The translations under genes and the position numbers were made by a program. Below are positions 30,253 through 30,374 of a stretch of DNA of 30,374 bases, piece after piece (position 1 is the stretch's first letter; each line of letters begins with the position of its first letter). Below the pieces are notes generated by a model that did not search any database, was not told where the DNA came from, and saw only the letters and a program-made list of their open reading frames with translations. Origin of the DNA: a virus (taxonomy: Duplodnaviria; Heunggongvirae; Uroviricota; Caudoviricetes). The stretch lies in the IMG/VR virus record IMGVR_UViG_3300009788_001732, positions 73,963 through 104,336 of that record; one strand, written 5' to 3'.

Positions 30253-30374
30253 TCAACTGAGCACCTTCGGCAGGTCCCTAGCGGCATAATAACGTAAAGC
30301 TTGCCGCGCAGCTATGTCGCGCGGCTCTTTAGTCACCGCCTCGTACCACTCCAACATTTTCAACTCGTCGGGCA
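30253..30374 (-). CDS. Gene entering from the right edge (...PDELKMLEWYEAVTKEPRDIAARQALRYYAARDLPKVLS)
   Basis: Open frame to the edge, stop at 30253. Confidence 0.5.
   Translation of the reverse strand, partial: PDELKMLEWYEAVTKEPRDIAARQALRYYAARDLPKVLS

Noticed and set aside
1-30374. Retron, DGR, integrase, transposase or intron/intein
   Set aside because: No reverse transcriptase, recombinase, DDE or splicing motifs found in any ORF

Overview
This window looks like about 30 kb of a tailed dsDNA phage (or prophage) genome: many short, tightly packed, often translationally coupled ORFs, no housekeeping operons, and no integrase or CRISPR array. The host is probably a planctomycete, judged from a near-intact copy of the planctomycete excisionase-HTH/receiver regulator (17023-17583), a planctomycete-style XRE protein and a twin-arginine signal peptide. 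That host call is from recalled family sequences, not a database search. There are three blocks. (1) 1-5192, minus strand: a putative terminase small subunit, a holin-like protein and a cluster of exported proteins (Tat-exported papain-like protease, exported thioredoxin), probably a late packaging/lysis module. (2) 5256-19486, plus strand: class 3 lipase, exported PD-(D/E)XK-like protein, trypsin-like protease, peptide deformylase, a 64-aa PolA motif A+B miniprotein, the response regulator and many hypotheticals. (3) 21478-30374, minus strand: small early-type genes including an XRE HTH, an atypical tRNA-like element, an ArdA-like acidic protein and a SAM methyltransferase. Blocks 2 and 3 converge on a repeat-rich non-coding region of about 1.6 kb (origin or terminus candidate). 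Next to it is a promoter-to-terminator ncRNA unit of about 190 nt. The most unexplained signals are several structured non-coding elements, a repeated promoter/operator motif, the PolA miniprotein, and a possible protease + thioredoxin envelope-lysis module. All family calls come from motifs read by eye.
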